DNA of 64,000 nucleotides from Escherichia coli. GTDB lineage: Bacteria; Pseudomonadota; Gammaproteobacteria; Enterobacterales; Enterobacteriaceae. The notes under the pieces are model-generated. The model searched no databases. It saw nothing but the letters and a program-made list of their open reading frames with translations, and was not told the origin of the DNA. Of the stretch, positions 45,209-60,632 are shown piece by piece. Both the position numbers and the translations under genes were made by a program. The stretch lies in assembly GCF_003334765.1 (NCBI RefSeq), contig NZ_QOWT01000010.1; one strand, given 5' to 3'. Numbering within the stretch: the stretch's first letter is position 1; each line of letters begins with the position of its first letter.

Positions 45209-47395
45209 ATGTCCGATCGTATCGATAGAGACGTGATTAACGCGCTAATTGCAGGCCATTTTGCGGATCCTTTTTCCGTACTGGGAATGCATAAAACCAC
45301 CGCGGGACTGGAAGTCCGTGCCCTTTTACCCGACGCTACCGATGTGTGGGTGATTGAACCGAAAACCGGGCGCAAACTCGCAAAACTGGAGTGTCTCGAC
45401 TCACGGGGATTCTTTAGCGGCGTCATTCCGCGACGTAAGAATTTTTTCCGCTATCAGTTGGCTGTTGTCTGGCATGGTCAGCAAAACCTGATTGATGATC
45501 CTTACCGTTTTGGTCCGCTAATCCAGGAAATGGATGCCTGGCTATTATCTGAAGGTACTCACCTGCGCCCGTATGAAACCTTAGGCGCGCATGCAGATAC
45601 TATGGATGGCGTCACAGGTACGCGTTTCTCTGTCTGGGCTCCAAACGCCCGTCGGGTCTCGGTGGTTGGGCAATTCAACTACTGGGACGGTCGCCGTCAC
45701 CCGATGCGCCTGCGTAAAGAGAGCGGCATCTGGGAACTGTTTATCCCTGGGGCGCATAACGGTCAGCTCTATAAATACGAGATGATTGATGCCAATGGCA
45801 ACTTGCGTCTGAAGTCCGACCCTTATGCCTTTGAAGCGCAAATGCGCCCGGAAACCGCGTCTCTTATTTGCGGGCTGCCGGAAAAGGTTGTACAGACTGA
45901 AGAGCGCAAAAAAGCGAATCAGTTTGATGCGCCAATCTCTATTTATGAAGTTCACCTGGGTTCCTGGCGTCGCCACACCGACAACAATTTCTGGTTGAGC
46001 TACCGCGAGCTGGCCGATCAACTGGTGCCTTATGCTAAATGGATGGGCTTTACCCACCTCGAACTACTGCCCATTAACGAGCATCCCTTCGATGGCAGTT
46101 GGGGTTATCAGCCAACCGGCCTGTATGCGCCAACCCGCCGTTTTGGTACTCGCGACGACTTCCGTTATTTCATTGATGCCGCACACGCAGCTGGTCTGAA
46201 CGTGATTCTCGACTGGGTGCCAGGCCACTTCCCGACTGATGACTTTGCGCTTGCCGAATTTGATGGCACGAACTTGTATGAACACAGCGATCCGCGTGAA
46301 GGCTATCATCAGGACTGGAACACGCTGATCTACAACTATGGTCGCCGTGAAGTCAGTAACTTCCTCGTCGGTAACGCGCTTTACTGGATTGAACGTTTTG
46401 GTATTGATGCGCTGCGCGTCGATGCGGTGGCGTCAATGATTTATCGCGACTACAGCCGTAAAGAGGGGGAGTGGATCCCGAACGAATTTGGCGGGCGCGA
46501 GAATCTTGAAGCGATTGAATTCTTGCGTAATACCAACCGTATTCTTGGTGAGCAGGTTTCCGGTGCGGTGACAATGGCTGAGGAGTCTACCGATTTCCCT
46601 GGCGTTTCTCGTCCGCAGGATATGGGCGGTCTGGGCTTCTGGTACAAGTGGAACCTCGGCTGGATGCATGACACCCTGGACTACATGAAGCTCGACCCGG
46701 TTTATCGTCAGTATCATCACGATAAACTGACCTTCGGGATTCTCTACAACTACACTGAAAACTTCGTCCTGCCGTTGTCGCATGATGAAGTGGTCCACGG
46801 TAAAAAATCGATTCTCGACCGCATGCCGGGCGACGCATGGCAGAAATTCGCGAACCTGCGCGCCTACTATGGCTGGATGTGGGCATTCCCGGGCAAGAAA
46901 CTACTGTTCATGGGTAACGAATTTGCCCAGGGCCGCGAGTGGAACCATGACGCCAGCCTCGACTGGCATCTGTTGGAAGGCGGCGATAACTGGCACCACG
47001 GTGTCCAGCGTCTGGTGCGCGATCTGAACCTCACCTACCGCCACCATAAAGCAATGCATGAACTGGATTTTGACCCGTACGGCTTTGAATGGCTGGTGGT
47101 GGATGACAAAGAACGCTCGGTGCTGATCTTTGTGCGTCGCGATAAAGAGGGTAACGAAATCATCGTTGCCAGTAACTTTACGCCGGTACCGCGTCATGAT
47201 TATCGCTTCGGCATAAACCAGCCGGGCAAATGGCGTGAAATCCTCAATACCGATTCCATGCACTATCACGGCAGTAATGCAGGCAATGGCGGCACGGTAC
47301 ACAGCGATGAGATTGCCAGCCACGGTCGTCAGCATTCACTAAGCCTGACGCTACCACCGCTGGCCACTATCTGGCTGGTTCGGGAGGCAGAATGA
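45209..47395 (+). CDS. glgB: 1,4-alpha-glucan branching enzyme
   Basis: 728-aa GH13 enzyme recognised as GlgB. Confidence 0.96.
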   Translation: MSDRIDRDVINALIAGHFADPFSVLGMHKTTAGLEVRALLPDATDVWVIEPKTGRKLAKLECLDSRGFFSGVIPRRKNFFRYQLAVVWHGQQNLIDDPYRFGPLIQEMDAWLLSEGTHLRPYETLGAHADTMDGVTGTRFSVWAPNARRVSVVGQFNYWDGRRHPMRLRKESGIWELFIPGAHNGQLYKYEMIDANGNLRLKSDPYAFEAQMRPETASLICGLPEKVVQTEERKKANQFDAPISIYEVHLGSWRRHTDNNFWLSYRELADQLVPYAKWMGFTHLELLPINEHPFDGSWGYQPTGLYAPTRRFGTRDDFRYFIDAAHAAGLNVILDWVPGHFPTDDFALAEFDGTNLYEHSDPREGYHQDWNTLIYNYGRREVSNFLVGNALYWIERFGIDALRVDAVASMIYRDYSRKEGEWIPNEFGGRENLEAIEFLRNTNRILGEQVSGAVTMAEESTDFPGVSRPQDMGGLGFWYKWNLGWMHDTLDYMKLDPVYRQYHHDKLTFGILYNYTENFVLPLSHDEVVHGKKSILDRMPGDAWQKFANLRAYYGWMWAFPGKKLLFMGNEFAQGREWNHDASLDWHLLEGGDNWHHGVQRLVRDLNLTYRHHKAMHELDFDPYGFEWLVVDDKERSVLIFVRRDKEGNEIIVASNFTPVPRHDYRFGINQPGKWREILNTDSMHYHGSNAGNGGTVHSDEIASHGRQHSLSLTLPPLATIWLVREAE

Positions 47396-49365
47396 CACAA
47401 CTCGCCATTGGCAAACCCGCTCCCCTCGGCGCGCATTACGACGGTCAGGGCGTCAACTTCACACTTTTCTCCGCTCATGCCGAGCGGGTAGAACTGTGTG
47501 TCTTTGACGCCAATGGCCAGGAACATCGCTATGACTTGCCAGGGCACAGTGGCGACATTTGGCACGGTTATCTGCCGGATGCGCGCCCGGGTTTGCGTTA
47601 TGGTTATCGCGTTCATGGCCCCTGGCAACCCGCCGAGGGGCATCGCTTTAACCCGGCGAAGTTGTTGATTGATCCTTGCGCGCGGCAAATTGACGGGGAG
47701 TTTAAAGATAACCCGCTGCTGCACGCCGGTCATAATGAACCTGACTATCGCGACAACGCCGCCATTGCGCCGAAATGCGTAGTGGTGGTTGATCACTATG
47801 ACTGGGAAGATGATGCCCCGCCGCGCACGCCGTGGGGCAGCACCATCATTTATGAAGCCCATGTCAAAGGATTAACGTACTTGCACCCGGAGATCCCGGT
47901 CGAGATCCGTGGCACTTATAAAGCCCTCGGGCATCCGGTGATGATCAACTATTTGAAACAATTGGGCATTACCGCGCTGGAACTGCTGCCAGTGGCGCAG
48001 TTTGCCAGTGAACCACGTCTGCAACGCATGGGGCTAAGTAACTACTGGGGTTACAACCCGGTGGCGATGTTTGCGCTGCATCCGGCGTATGCCTGCTCGC
48101 CAGAAACGGCGCTGGATGAGTTTCGCGATGCAATCAAAGCACTGCATAAAGCGGGTATCGAAGTCATTCTTGATATCGTGCTCAACCATAGTGCGGAACT
48201 GGACCTCGACGGCCCGTTATTCTCGCTGCGTGGGATCGATAACCGTAGCTATTATTGGATAAGAGAAGACGGCGATTATCACAACTGGACCGGTTGCGGC
48301 AACACGCTCAATTTGAGTCATCCGGCGGTGGTGGATTATGCCAGCGCCTGCCTGCGTTATTGGGTAGAAACCTGCCACGTCGATGGTTTCCGCTTTGATC
48401 TGGCGGCAGTCATGGGCCGTACGCCAGAGTTCCGTCAGGATGCGCCGTTGTTTACCGCTATCCAGAACTGCCCGGTGCTCTCGCAGGTGAAGTTAATTGC
48501 TGAACCGTGGGATATCGCTCCTGGTGGTTATCAGGTGGGAAATTTCCCGCCGCTGTTTGCCGAGTGGAACGATCATTTCCGCGATGCTGCCCGTCGTTTC
48601 TGGCTACATTATGATTTGCCTCTGGGGGCGTTTGCCGGGCGTTTTGCTGCCTCCAGCGATGTTTTTAAACGTAATGGTCGTCTGCCGAGTGCCGCGATTA
48701 ATCTCGTCACCGCGCATGACGGTTTTACGCTTCGCGACTGCGTTTGCTTCAACCATAAACACAATGAAGCAAACGGAGAAGAAAATCGCGACGGGACCAA
48801 CAACAATTACAGTAACAATCATGGTAAAGAAGGGTTAGGCGGTTCTCTTGACCTGGTTGAACGGCGGCGCGACAGCATTCACGCCCTGTTAACAACGTTG
48901 TTGCTCTCCCAGGGTACGCCGATGTTACTGGCCGGTGACGAACATGGTCACAGCCAGCATGGCAATAACAATGCCTACTGTCAGGATAACCAATTAACCT
49001 GGTTGGACTGGTCGCAGGCAAGCAGTGGTTTAACCGCATTTACCGCCGCGTTAATCCATCTGCGCAAGCGCATTCCCGCTTTGGTGGAGAATCGCTGGTG
49101 GGAAGAAGGCGACGGCAATGTCCGTTGGCTAAATCGATATGCTCAACCTTTAAGCACGGATGAGTGGCAAAACGGGCCGAAACAGCTGCAAATTCTGCTC
49201 TCGGATCGCTTTTTGATCGCAATTAACGCCACGCTTGAGGTAACAGAGATTGTTTTACCTGCTGGGGAGTGGCACGCCATTCCCCCATTCGCTGGAGAGG
49301 ATAACCCAGTGATTACGGCTGTCTGGCAGGGACCTGCACACGGATTGTGTGTGTTCCAGAGATGA
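47392..49365 (+). CDS. glgX: Glycogen debranching enzyme
   Basis: 657 aa; 4-bp overlap with glgB; GH13 isoamylase type. Confidence 0.96.
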
Positions 49366-49382
49366 TAAAAAAGGAGTTAGTC

Positions 49383-50678
49383 ATGGTTAGTTTAGAGAAG
49401 AACGATCACTTAATGTTGGCGCGCCAGCTGCCATTGAAATCTGTTGCCCTGATACTGGCGGGAGGACGTGGTACCCGCCTGAAGGATTTAACCAATAAGC
49501 GAGCAAAACCGGCCGTACACTTCGGCGGTAAGTTCCGCATTATCGACTTTGCGCTGTCTAACTGCATCAACTCCGGGATCCGTCGTATGGGCGTGATCAC
49601 CCAGTACCAGTCCCACACTCTGGTGCAGCACATTCAGCGCGGCTGGTCATTCTTCAATGAAGAAATGAACGAGTTTGTCGATCTGCTGCCAGCACAGCAG
49701 AGAATGAAAGGGGAAAACTGGTATCGCGGCACCGCAGATGCGGTCACCCAAAACCTCGACATTATCCGCCGTTATAAAGCGGAATACGTGGTGATCCTGG
49801 CGGGCGACCATATCTACAAGCAAGACTACTCGCGTATGCTTATCGATCACGTCGAAAAAGGCGCACGTTGCACCGTTGCTTGTATGCCAGTACCGATTGA
49901 AGAAGCCTCCGCATTTGGCGTTATGGCGGTTGATGAGAACGATAAAATTATCGAATTCGTTGAAAAACCTGCTAACCCGCCGTCAATGCCGAACGATCCG
50001 AGCAAATCTCTGGCGAGTATGGGTATCTACGTCTTTGACGCCGACTATCTGTATGAACTGCTGGAAGAAGACGATCGCGATGAGAACTCCAGCCACGACT
50101 TTGGCAAAGATTTGATTCCCAAGATCACCGAAGCCGGTCTGGCCTATGCGCACCCGTTCCCGCTCTCTTGCGTACAATCCGACCCGGATGCCGAGCCGTA
50201 CTGGCGCGATGTGGGTACGCTGGAAGCTTACTGGAAAGCGAACCTCGATCTGGCCTCTGTGGTGCCGGAACTGGATATGTACGATCGCAATTGGCCAATT
50301 CGCACCTACAATGAATCATTACCGCCAGCGAAATTCGTGCAGGATCGCTCCGGTAGCCACGGGATGACCCTTAACTCACTGGTTTCCGGCGGTTGTGTGA
50401 TCTCCGGTTCGGTGGTGGTGCAGTCCGTTCTGTTCTCGCGCGTTCGCGTGAATTCATTCTGCAACATTGATTCCGCCGTATTGTTACCGGAAGTATGGGT
50501 AGGTCGCTCGTGCCGTCTGCGCCGCTGCGTCATCGATCGTGCTTGTGTTATTCCGGAAGGCATGGTGATTGGTGAAAACGCAGAGGAAGATGCACGTCGT
50601 TTCTATCGTTCAGAAGAAGGCATCGTGCTGGTAACGCGCGAAATGCTACGGAAGTTAGGGCATAAACAGGAGCGATAA
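49383..50678 (+). CDS. glgC: Glucose-1-phosphate adenylyltransferase
   Basis: Start placed at [17 protein letters not shown] (431 aa); LAGGRGTRL motif. Confidence 0.96.
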
Positions 50679-52111
50679 TGCAGGTTTTACATGTATGTTC
50701 AGAGATGTTCCCGCTGCTTAAAACCGGCGGTCTGGCTGATGTTATTGGGGCATTACCCGCAGCACAAATCGCAGACGGCGTTGACGCTCGCGTACTGTTG
50801 CCTGCATTTCCCGATATTCGCCGTGGCGTGATCGATGCGCAGGTAGTATCCCGTCGTGATACCTTCGCCGGACATATCACGCTGTTGTTCGGTCATTACA
50901 ACGGGGTTGGCATTTACCTGATTGACGCGCCGCATCTCTATGATCGTCCGGGAAGCCCGTATCACGATACCAACTTATTTGCCTATACCGACAACGTATT
51001 GCGTTTTGCGCTGCTGGGGTGGGTTGGGGCAGAAATGGCCAGCGGGCTTGACCCATTCTGGCGTCCTGATGTGGTGCATGCGCACGACTGGCATGCAGGC
51101 CTTGCGCCTGCGTATCTGGCGGCGCGCGGGCGTCCGGCGAAGTCGGTGTTTACTGTGCACAACCTGGCCTATCAAGGCATGTTTTATGCACATCACATGA
51201 ATGACATCCAATTGCCATGGTCATTCTTTAATATTCATGGGCTGGAATTCAACGGACAAATCTCTTTCCTGAAGGCCGGTCTGTACTATGCCGATCACAT
51301 TACGGCGGTCAGTCCAACCTACGCTCGCGAGATCACCGAACCGCAGTTTGCCTACGGTATGGAAGGTCTGTTGCAACAGCGTCACCGTGAAGGGCGTCTT
51401 TCCGGCGTACTGAACGGCGTGGACGAGAAAATCTGGAGTCCAGAGACGGACTTACTGTTGGCCTCGCGTTACACCCGCGATACGTTGGAAGATAAAGCGG
51501 AAAATAAGCGCCAGTTACAAATCGCAATGGGGCTTAAGGTTGACGATAAAGTGCCGCTTTTTGCAGTGGTGAGCCGTCTGACCAGCCAGAAAGGTCTCGA
51601 CCTGGTGCTGGAAGCCTTACCGGGTCTTCTGGAGCAGGGCGGGCAGCTGGCGCTACTCGGCGCGGGCGATCCGGTGCTGCAGGAAGGTTTCCTTGCGGCG
51701 GCAGCGGAATACCCCGGTCAGGTGGGCGTTCAGATTGGCTATCACGAAGCATTTTCGCATCGCATTATGGGCGGCGCGGACGTCATTCTGGTGCCCAGCC
51801 GTTTTGAACCGTGCGGCTTAACGCAACTTTATGGATTGAAGTACGGTACGCTGCCGTTAGTGCGGCGCACCGGTGGGCTTGCTGATACGGTTTCTGACTG
51901 TTCTCTTGAGAACCTTGCAGATGGCGTCGCCAGTGGGTTTGTCTTTGAAGATAGTAATGCCTGGTCGCTGTTACGGGCTATTCGACGTGCTTTTGTACTG
52001 TGGTCCCGTCCTTCACTGTGGCGGTTTGTGCAACGTCAGGCTATGGCAATGGATTTTAGCTGGCAGGTCGCGGCGAAGTCGTACCGTGAGCTTTACTATC
52101 GCTTGAAATAG
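50678..52111 (+). CDS. glgA: Glycogen synthase
   Basis: 477 aa; N-terminal KTGGL motif ([15 protein letters not shown]); start overlaps the glgC stop. Confidence 0.96.
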   Translation: MQVLHVCSEMFPLLKTGGLADVIGALPAAQIADGVDARVLLPAFPDIRRGVIDAQVVSRRDTFAGHITLLFGHYNGVGIYLIDAPHLYDRPGSPYHDTNLFAYTDNVLRFALLGWVGAEMASGLDPFWRPDVVHAHDWHAGLAPAYLAARGRPAKSVFTVHNLAYQGMFYAHHMNDIQLPWSFFNIHGLEFNGQISFLKAGLYYADHITAVSPTYAREITEPQFAYGMEGLLQQRHREGRLSGVLNGVDEKIWSPETDLLLASRYTRDTLEDKAENKRQLQIAMGLKVDDKVPLFAVVSRLTSQKGLDLVLEALPGLLEQGGQLALLGAGDPVLQEGFLAAAAEYPGQVGVQIGYHEAFSHRIMGGADVILVPSRFEPCGLTQLYGLKYGTLPLVRRTGGLADTVSDCSLENLADGVASGFVFEDSNAWSLLRAIRRAFVLWSRPSLWRFVQRQAMAMDFSWQVAAKSYRELYYRLK

Positions 52112-54577
<2,466 letters not shown>

Positions 54578-54592
54578 GTTCACCAATAAATA

Positions 54593-54620
54593 GAACGGGG
54601 CCAAAGGGTCCCGTTTTTTT
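54593..54620 (+). terminator. Rho-independent terminator after glgP
   Basis: Hairpin AACGGGGCC-AAA-GGGTCCCGTT followed by TTTTTTT. Confidence 0.8.
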
Positions 54621-54693
54621 CCGCCATCATTTCGGAAAAGTGTCCAGAAGGGGCAAGGGGACTCGGGGAGTATAATTTCACCATTCAAAAAGA

Positions 54694-54987
54694 ATGGAAA
54701 GAATAATGCAAAACAGAAAATGGATTTTGACCTCGCTGGTAATGACTTTTTTCGGCATCCCCATACTGGCGCAATTTTTGGCGGTGGTTATTGCCATGCT
54801 GGGTGTCGGACTTGCCGGTATTATTGAAGTTTGTAATATCCTTATCACGCCAACAATTTACCTTCTGCTCAAAATTTTTATGCTGGCGCTGGGCGCATTA
54901 ATGCTATTTTTCTCGGGGCGAGTGGGGAACGTGCCTGAGTTTTGTTACGTTGGGTATGATGGCGTGGGCTTTGCGGTAATTCCCTGA
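54694..54987 (+). CDS. yzgL: Small hydrophobic protein of unknown function
   Basis: 97-aa ORF, two predicted TM helices, AT-rich codon usage; sits where yzgL lies in K-12. It may not be expressed. Confidence 0.4.
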   Translation: MERIMQNRKWILTSLVMTFFGIPILAQFLAVVIAMLGVGLAGIIEVCNILITPTIYLLLKIFMLALGALMLFFSGRVGNVPEFCYVGYDGVGFAVIP

Positions 54988-55027
54988 ATTAAAAAGTAGG
55001 TTAGATTTTTGACAAAGTGCGCTTTGT

Positions 55028-55131
55028 TCATGCCGGATGCGACGTGAACGTCTTATCTGGCCTACAAGACCATGCAAATTCAATATATTGCATAAACCAC
55101 GTAGGCCTGATAAGCGTAGCGCATCAGGCAG
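55028..55131. repeat. REP/BIME cluster
   Basis: ATGCCGGATGCGACGTGAACGTCTTATCTGGCCTACA and GTAGGCCTGATAAGCGTAGCGCATCAGGCA between yzgL and glpD. Confidence 0.85.
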
Positions 55132-55192
55132 TTTTGTGTTTGTCATCAGTCTCAGGCCAGATTGAAATCTGACCTGATCACCTTACGTTAAT

Positions 55193-56698
55193 TTACGACG
55201 CCAGCGATAACCTCTGCTGCGTATACTCCACCAGCCACTGACTCACACGAGATTGTTGATCCGCATTTAGCCACATGCCTTGTTTTGTGCGACGCCACAG
55301 GGCGTCGTCGGCGCGGCGGACCCATTCGTGATCCACCAGGTATTTCAGCTCCGCTTCGTAGAACTCATGACCGAAATCTTCCCCGAGATCGCTTACCGTT
55401 CCCGCATTGCCGAGCAGCAGCTCGCTGTTGCTGCCGTAAGTGCGAGCGTAATGACGCGCCAGCGATTCAGTCAGGAACGGATAGCGGCGGCGCAGGCGAG
55501 CGGCATAATCGTCGCGGTCGCCTTCAATGGCGCCACCCGGTAGCACACTCTCTTTCGTCCATGCCGGGCCAATACCCTGATAATACGGCGTTAGTTTTTC
55601 CAGCGCATGTTCCGCCAGTTTTCGGTAGGTGGTCAGCTTACCGCCGAATACCGACAGCAGCGGTGCTTTGCCATTTTCATCATGAATATCAAGGGTGTAA
55701 TCACGGGTAATAGCCTGCGGCGAGTCGGACTCATCATCACACAGCGGACGCACACCGGAGTAGGTCCAGACGATATCGTCACGGCTTAACTGCTTTTTAA
55801 AGTGCGTGTTATACACATTCAGCAGGTAATTGATTTCACTCTCTTCAATCTTCACCGCTTTCGGATCGCCTTTGTACTCGACATCGGTAGTGCCGATGAT
55901 GGAAAACTCGTCCATCCACGGGATCACGAACACAATACGTTTATCTTCGTTTTGCAGAATGTAGGCTTGCTTCTGGGTATGCACGCGCGGCACCACAATA
56001 TGGCTGCCTTTGATCAGGCGAATGCCATAAGGCGAAGGCAGATGCATCCCGTCGTCGAAGAACTGTTTCACCCACGGGCCGGTGGCGTTAACCAAGCCGC
56101 GCGCTTGCCAGCTATATTTTTTGCCGGTATCGATATCTTCCGCTTCCACAATCCACAGGCCGTTTTCGCGGCGAGCAGAGGTGGCGCGAGTCCGAGTAAG
56201 CACTTCGCCGCCTTTACGCACCACCATCTGGGCGTTGGCGAGTACCAGACGGGCGTCGTCTACCCAACAGTCAGAATATTCGAATCCGCGCTTAATTTCC
56301 GGTTTTAACACTGAATTTGCGCCAAAACGCAAACCAGTTGATCCCGGCAAGCTGGTGCGTTTACCCAGATGATCGTACATAAACAGACCAATGCGAATCA
56401 TCCACGCCGGGCGCAGATGCGGACGATGTGGCAGGCGAAAACGCATCGGGAAGGCGATATGCGGGGCCATTTTCAGCAGCACTTCACGTTCAGCCAGCGC
56501 CTCGCTGACCAGGCGGAATTCATAGTGCTCAAGGTAGCGCAGGCCACCGTGAATGAGTTTTGAACTGGCGGAAGAGGTCGCGCAAGCGAGATCCTGCGCC
56601 TCCAGCATCAGCACGGATAAACCGCGTCCAGCGGCGTCTGCCGCGATACCAGCACCATTGATGCCGCCCCCTATCACAATCAGATCTTTGGTTTCCAT
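55193..56698 (-). CDS. glpD: Aerobic glycerol-3-phosphate dehydrogenase
   Basis: Start placed at METKDLIVIGGGINGAGIA (501 aa); FAD-binding GxGxxG. Confidence 0.95.
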   Translation of the reverse strand: METKDLIVIGGGINGAGIAADAAGRGLSVLMLEAQDLACATSSASSKLIHGGLRYLEHYEFRLVSEALAEREVLLKMAPHIAFPMRFRLPHRPHLRPAWMIRIGLFMYDHLGKRTSLPGSTGLRFGANSVLKPEIKRGFEYSDCWVDDARLVLANAQMVVRKGGEVLTRTRATSARRENGLWIVEAEDIDTGKKYSWQARGLVNATGPWVKQFFDDGMHLPSPYGIRLIKGSHIVVPRVHTQKQAYILQNEDKRIVFVIPWMDEFSIIGTTDVEYKGDPKAVKIEESEINYLLNVYNTHFKKQLSRDDIVWTYSGVRPLCDDESDSPQAITRDYTLDIHDENGKAPLLSVFGGKLTTYRKLAEHALEKLTPYYQGIGPAWTKESVLPGGAIEGDRDDYAARLRRRYPFLTESLARHYARTYGSNSELLLGNAGTVSDLGEDFGHEFYEAELKYLVDHEWVRRADDALWRRTKQGMWLNADQQSRVSQWLVEYTQQRLSLAS

Positions 56699-56729
56699 GC
56701 TGCCCTCATTCACTTTCGTTAAAGCTCAT

Positions 56730-56751
56730 AAATGTTCGTTATCGAACATAT
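56730..56751. promoter_or_regulatory. GlpR operator-like dyad in the glpD/glpE divergent control region
   Basis: ATGTTCGTTATCGAACAT is a near-perfect inverted repeat of the GlpR half-site type, about 35 bp upstream of the glpD start. Confidence 0.7.
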
Positions 56752-56809
56752 TAGCAAAGAATCGCGCTTTAGGTAACATTGAAAAAACATTTTAGAGTGA
56801 TATGTATAA

Positions 56810-57214
<405 letters not shown>

Positions 57215-57246
57215 CGCTTTATACTGTCCCCTTTTGTGTGGAATAA

Positions 57247-58089
<843 letters not shown>

Positions 58090-58105
58090 TTCCAGGGATT
58101 TATAA

Positions 58106-58864
58106 ATGAAACAAACACAACGTCACAACGGTATTATCGAACTGGTTAAACAGCAGGGTTATGTCAGTACCGAAGAGCTGGTAGAGCATTTCTCCGTCAG
58201 CCCGCAGACTATTCGCCGCGACCTCAATGAGCTGGCGGAGCAAAACCTGATCCTGCGCCATCATGGCGGTGCGGCGCTGCCTTCCAGTTCGGTTAACACG
58301 CCGTGGCACGATCGCAAGGCCACCCAGACCGAAGAAAAAGAGCGCATCGCCCGCAAAGTGGCGGAGCAAATCCCCAATGGCTCGACGCTGTTTATCGATA
58401 TCGGCACCACGCCGGAAGCGGTAGCGCACGCACTGCTCAATCACAGCAATTTGCGCATTGTCACCAACAATCTCAACGTTGCTAACACGTTGATGGTAAA
58501 AGAAGATTTTCGCATCATTCTCGCCGGTGGCGAATTACGCAGCCGCGATGGCGGGATCATTGGCGAAGCGACGCTCGATTTTATCTCCCAGTTCCGCCTT
58601 GATTTCGGCATTCTGGGGATAAGCGGCATCGATAGCGACGGCTCGCTGCTGGAGTTCGATTACCACGAAGTTCGCACCAAACGCGCCATTATTGAGAACT
58701 CGCGCCACGTTATGCTGGTTGTCGATCACTCGAAATTTGGCCGTAACGCGATGGTCAATATGGGCAGCATCAGCATGGTAGATGCCGTCTACACCGACGC
58801 CCCGCCGCCAGTAAGCGTGATGCAGGTGCTGACGGACCACCATATTCAACTGGAGCTGTGCTGA
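58106..58864 (+). CDS. glpR: DeoR-family glycerol-3-phosphate regulon repressor
   Basis: 252 aa; N-terminal DeoR HTH region. Confidence 0.93.
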   Translation: MKQTQRHNGIIELVKQQGYVSTEELVEHFSVSPQTIRRDLNELAEQNLILRHHGGAALPSSSVNTPWHDRKATQTEEKERIARKVAEQIPNGSTLFIDIGTTPEAVAHALLNHSNLRIVTNNLNVANTLMVKEDFRIILAGGELRSRDGGIIGEATLDFISQFRLDFGILGISGIDSDGSLLEFDYHEVRTKRAIIENSRHVMLVVDHSKFGRNAMVNMGSISMVDAVYTDAPPPVSVMQVLTDHHIQLELC

Positions 58865-60444
58865 TCCTGCACGGCTTCCCACGTCAGACCAAAACGCGCC
58901 AGGTATTTGCGTAGCCGATCCGCGTCATTGACGCTGGCTTTGCCCTGGCGCGAAACGTCAAAAAGCTGGCGTCCGGCTGCGGAAAGCGACTTTGCCTGGC
59001 GGCAGATAGCGATAACGTGTTCCAGTTGCATACGGTCGAAGAGATCGATGTTTTCTGCCTCTGCGCCCAGCAACGCCGTAAGCGCGGAGGGGCGGCTCTC
59101 CTGCCAGTTATAGCGCAGACGGTTTATCTCATCTTCAACCACGTCCAGAGTGATGCGTCCGCTAGTGGCAAAGGTGGCCATCCGCGTGACGCTGGCAGAA
59201 AGTTCGCGAAAGTTACCGCGCCATGTTGCCTGGGGAGAGGTCGCAAAAGCCAACCAGGCGCGCCGCGCTTCGGTGTTAAAACGCACGCTGTCGCCAGTGA
59301 GTGAGGCGTGGCGCTCCACTTCATAATCCAGGTTCGGTTCAATATCTTCCTGGCGCTGGCGTAGACCCGGCAGGGTGAAGGTCCAGAGATTGATCCGCGC
59401 GTACAGATCTTCGCGAAATTTGCCTTCGGCAACCAGCTGGCGCAAATCGCGCACCGTTCCGGCGATAAGCTGAAAATCACTGCTCACCTGGCGATCGCTG
59501 CCAAACGGGTAAAAGGTTTTCTCTTCAATGGCTTTCAGCAGCATTGCCTGTTCGTCTGCGCCCAGTTCGCCAATCTCATCAAGAAACAACATTCCGCCGT
59601 TGGCGCTGCGTAATAAACCTTCACGAGATTCCCGCGCCCCGGTAAACGCGCCTTTTACATGACCAAACAGCGTCGACATGGCGGTATCGCCGCGCAGGGT
59701 GGCGCAGTTCACTTCCACAAACGCGCCGCTAAACTGATGCCGCGCCTGTTTTAACTCGAAGATGCGTCGCGCCAGAAATGACTTGCCCGCGCCGGTTGGA
59801 CCGTTAAGCAGAATCGGCGCGCGGGATTTGATCGCCACTTTTTCGATCTGCTCAATCATGCGGTTGAAGTGGGGGTTACGCGTGGCAATGCCGGACTTAA
59901 GAAAATCAAGCGTTTGCTGGCGTTCCTCGGCAAAGCGGCTGGCGATGGCGTTATAACGGCTTAAATCGAGATCGATAATCGTTACTTCACCTGGGCCGCG
60001 CGGCTGTTCTTTTTTGCGCGGAGGTGAAGATTGTATCAGCCGGGCGGGCAGGTAACGCGCTTCTGCCAGCAGAAACCAGCAAATCTGCGCGACGTGGGTA
60101 CCGGTGGTGATGTGAATTAAATAGTCTTCTTTTTCTGGCTGAAACTCGTAACCACGGGCGAAATCATGCAGGCAGGCGTAGACCTCTTCGAAATCCCACG
60201 GGTTATGCAGTTCAATCTCAACGCTCACCACTTCTGTTTCTGGCGAAACGCTGGCGATATCGCGTTTAAGCGTTTCAAATAGCGAGCGCGAGCGGGCGTC
60301 GTGCAACAATTCCAGTCGATCGATGACCAACGATTCTTGCTGGCATAAACAGAGTGTCGGACGCCATTTTGACCAGCGCTGACTGCCGCGCCCGGCATAA
60401 TCCAGTACGGTACCGACAAAGCCAAAAGCCACTGTTTTACGCAT
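58846..60444 (-). CDS. rtcR: Sigma-54-dependent activator of the rtcBA operon
   Basis: 532 aa; AAA+ sigma-54 activator motifs ([14 protein letters not shown]) and C-terminal HTH; 3' end overlaps glpR by 19 bp. Confidence 0.93.
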   Translation of the reverse strand: MRKTVAFGFVGTVLDYAGRGSQRWSKWRPTLCLCQQESLVIDRLELLHDARSRSLFETLKRDIASVSPETEVVSVEIELHNPWDFEEVYACLHDFARGYEFQPEKEDYLIHITTGTHVAQICWFLLAEARYLPARLIQSSPPRKKEQPRGPGEVTIIDLDLSRYNAIASRFAEERQQTLDFLKSGIATRNPHFNRMIEQIEKVAIKSRAPILLNGPTGAGKSFLARRIFELKQARHQFSGAFVEVNCATLRGDTAMSTLFGHVKGAFTGARESREGLLRSANGGMLFLDEIGELGADEQAMLLKAIEEKTFYPFGSDRQVSSDFQLIAGTVRDLRQLVAEGKFREDLYARINLWTFTLPGLRQRQEDIEPNLDYEVERHASLTGDSVRFNTEARRAWLAFATSPQATWRGNFRELSASVTRMATFATSGRITLDVVEDEINRLRYNWQESRPSALTALLGAEAENIDLFDRMQLEHVIAICRQAKSLSAAGRQLFDVSRQGKASVNDADRLRKYLARFGLTWEAVQDQHSSS

Positions 60445-60578
60445 CTTAGATATCCTTATAAAAGACGATATTTCATTATCGGTAAATTGGCTTTGCGGGA
60501 AATCTCCGGTTACGGACGTAAAGATATAATCTTTTTTAAAACAATGAATTAAAAAATTAAGCTGCTTATTTAATTTTC

Positions 60579-60594
60579 TGGCACGACGGTTGCA
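60579..60594 (+). promoter_or_regulatory. Sigma-54 (-24/-12) promoter of rtcBA
   Basis: TGGCAC-GACGG-TTGCA matches the sigma-54 consensus exactly, about 40 bp upstream of the rtcB start. Confidence 0.85.
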
Positions 60595-60632
60595 ATTATC
60601 AGGACAGCAAACAACGAAAAGAGAAAAACAAA

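Noticed and set aside
55802-56372. 168-aa and 96-aa ORFs antisense to glpD
   Set aside because: Contained within glpD on the opposite strand; no independent support.
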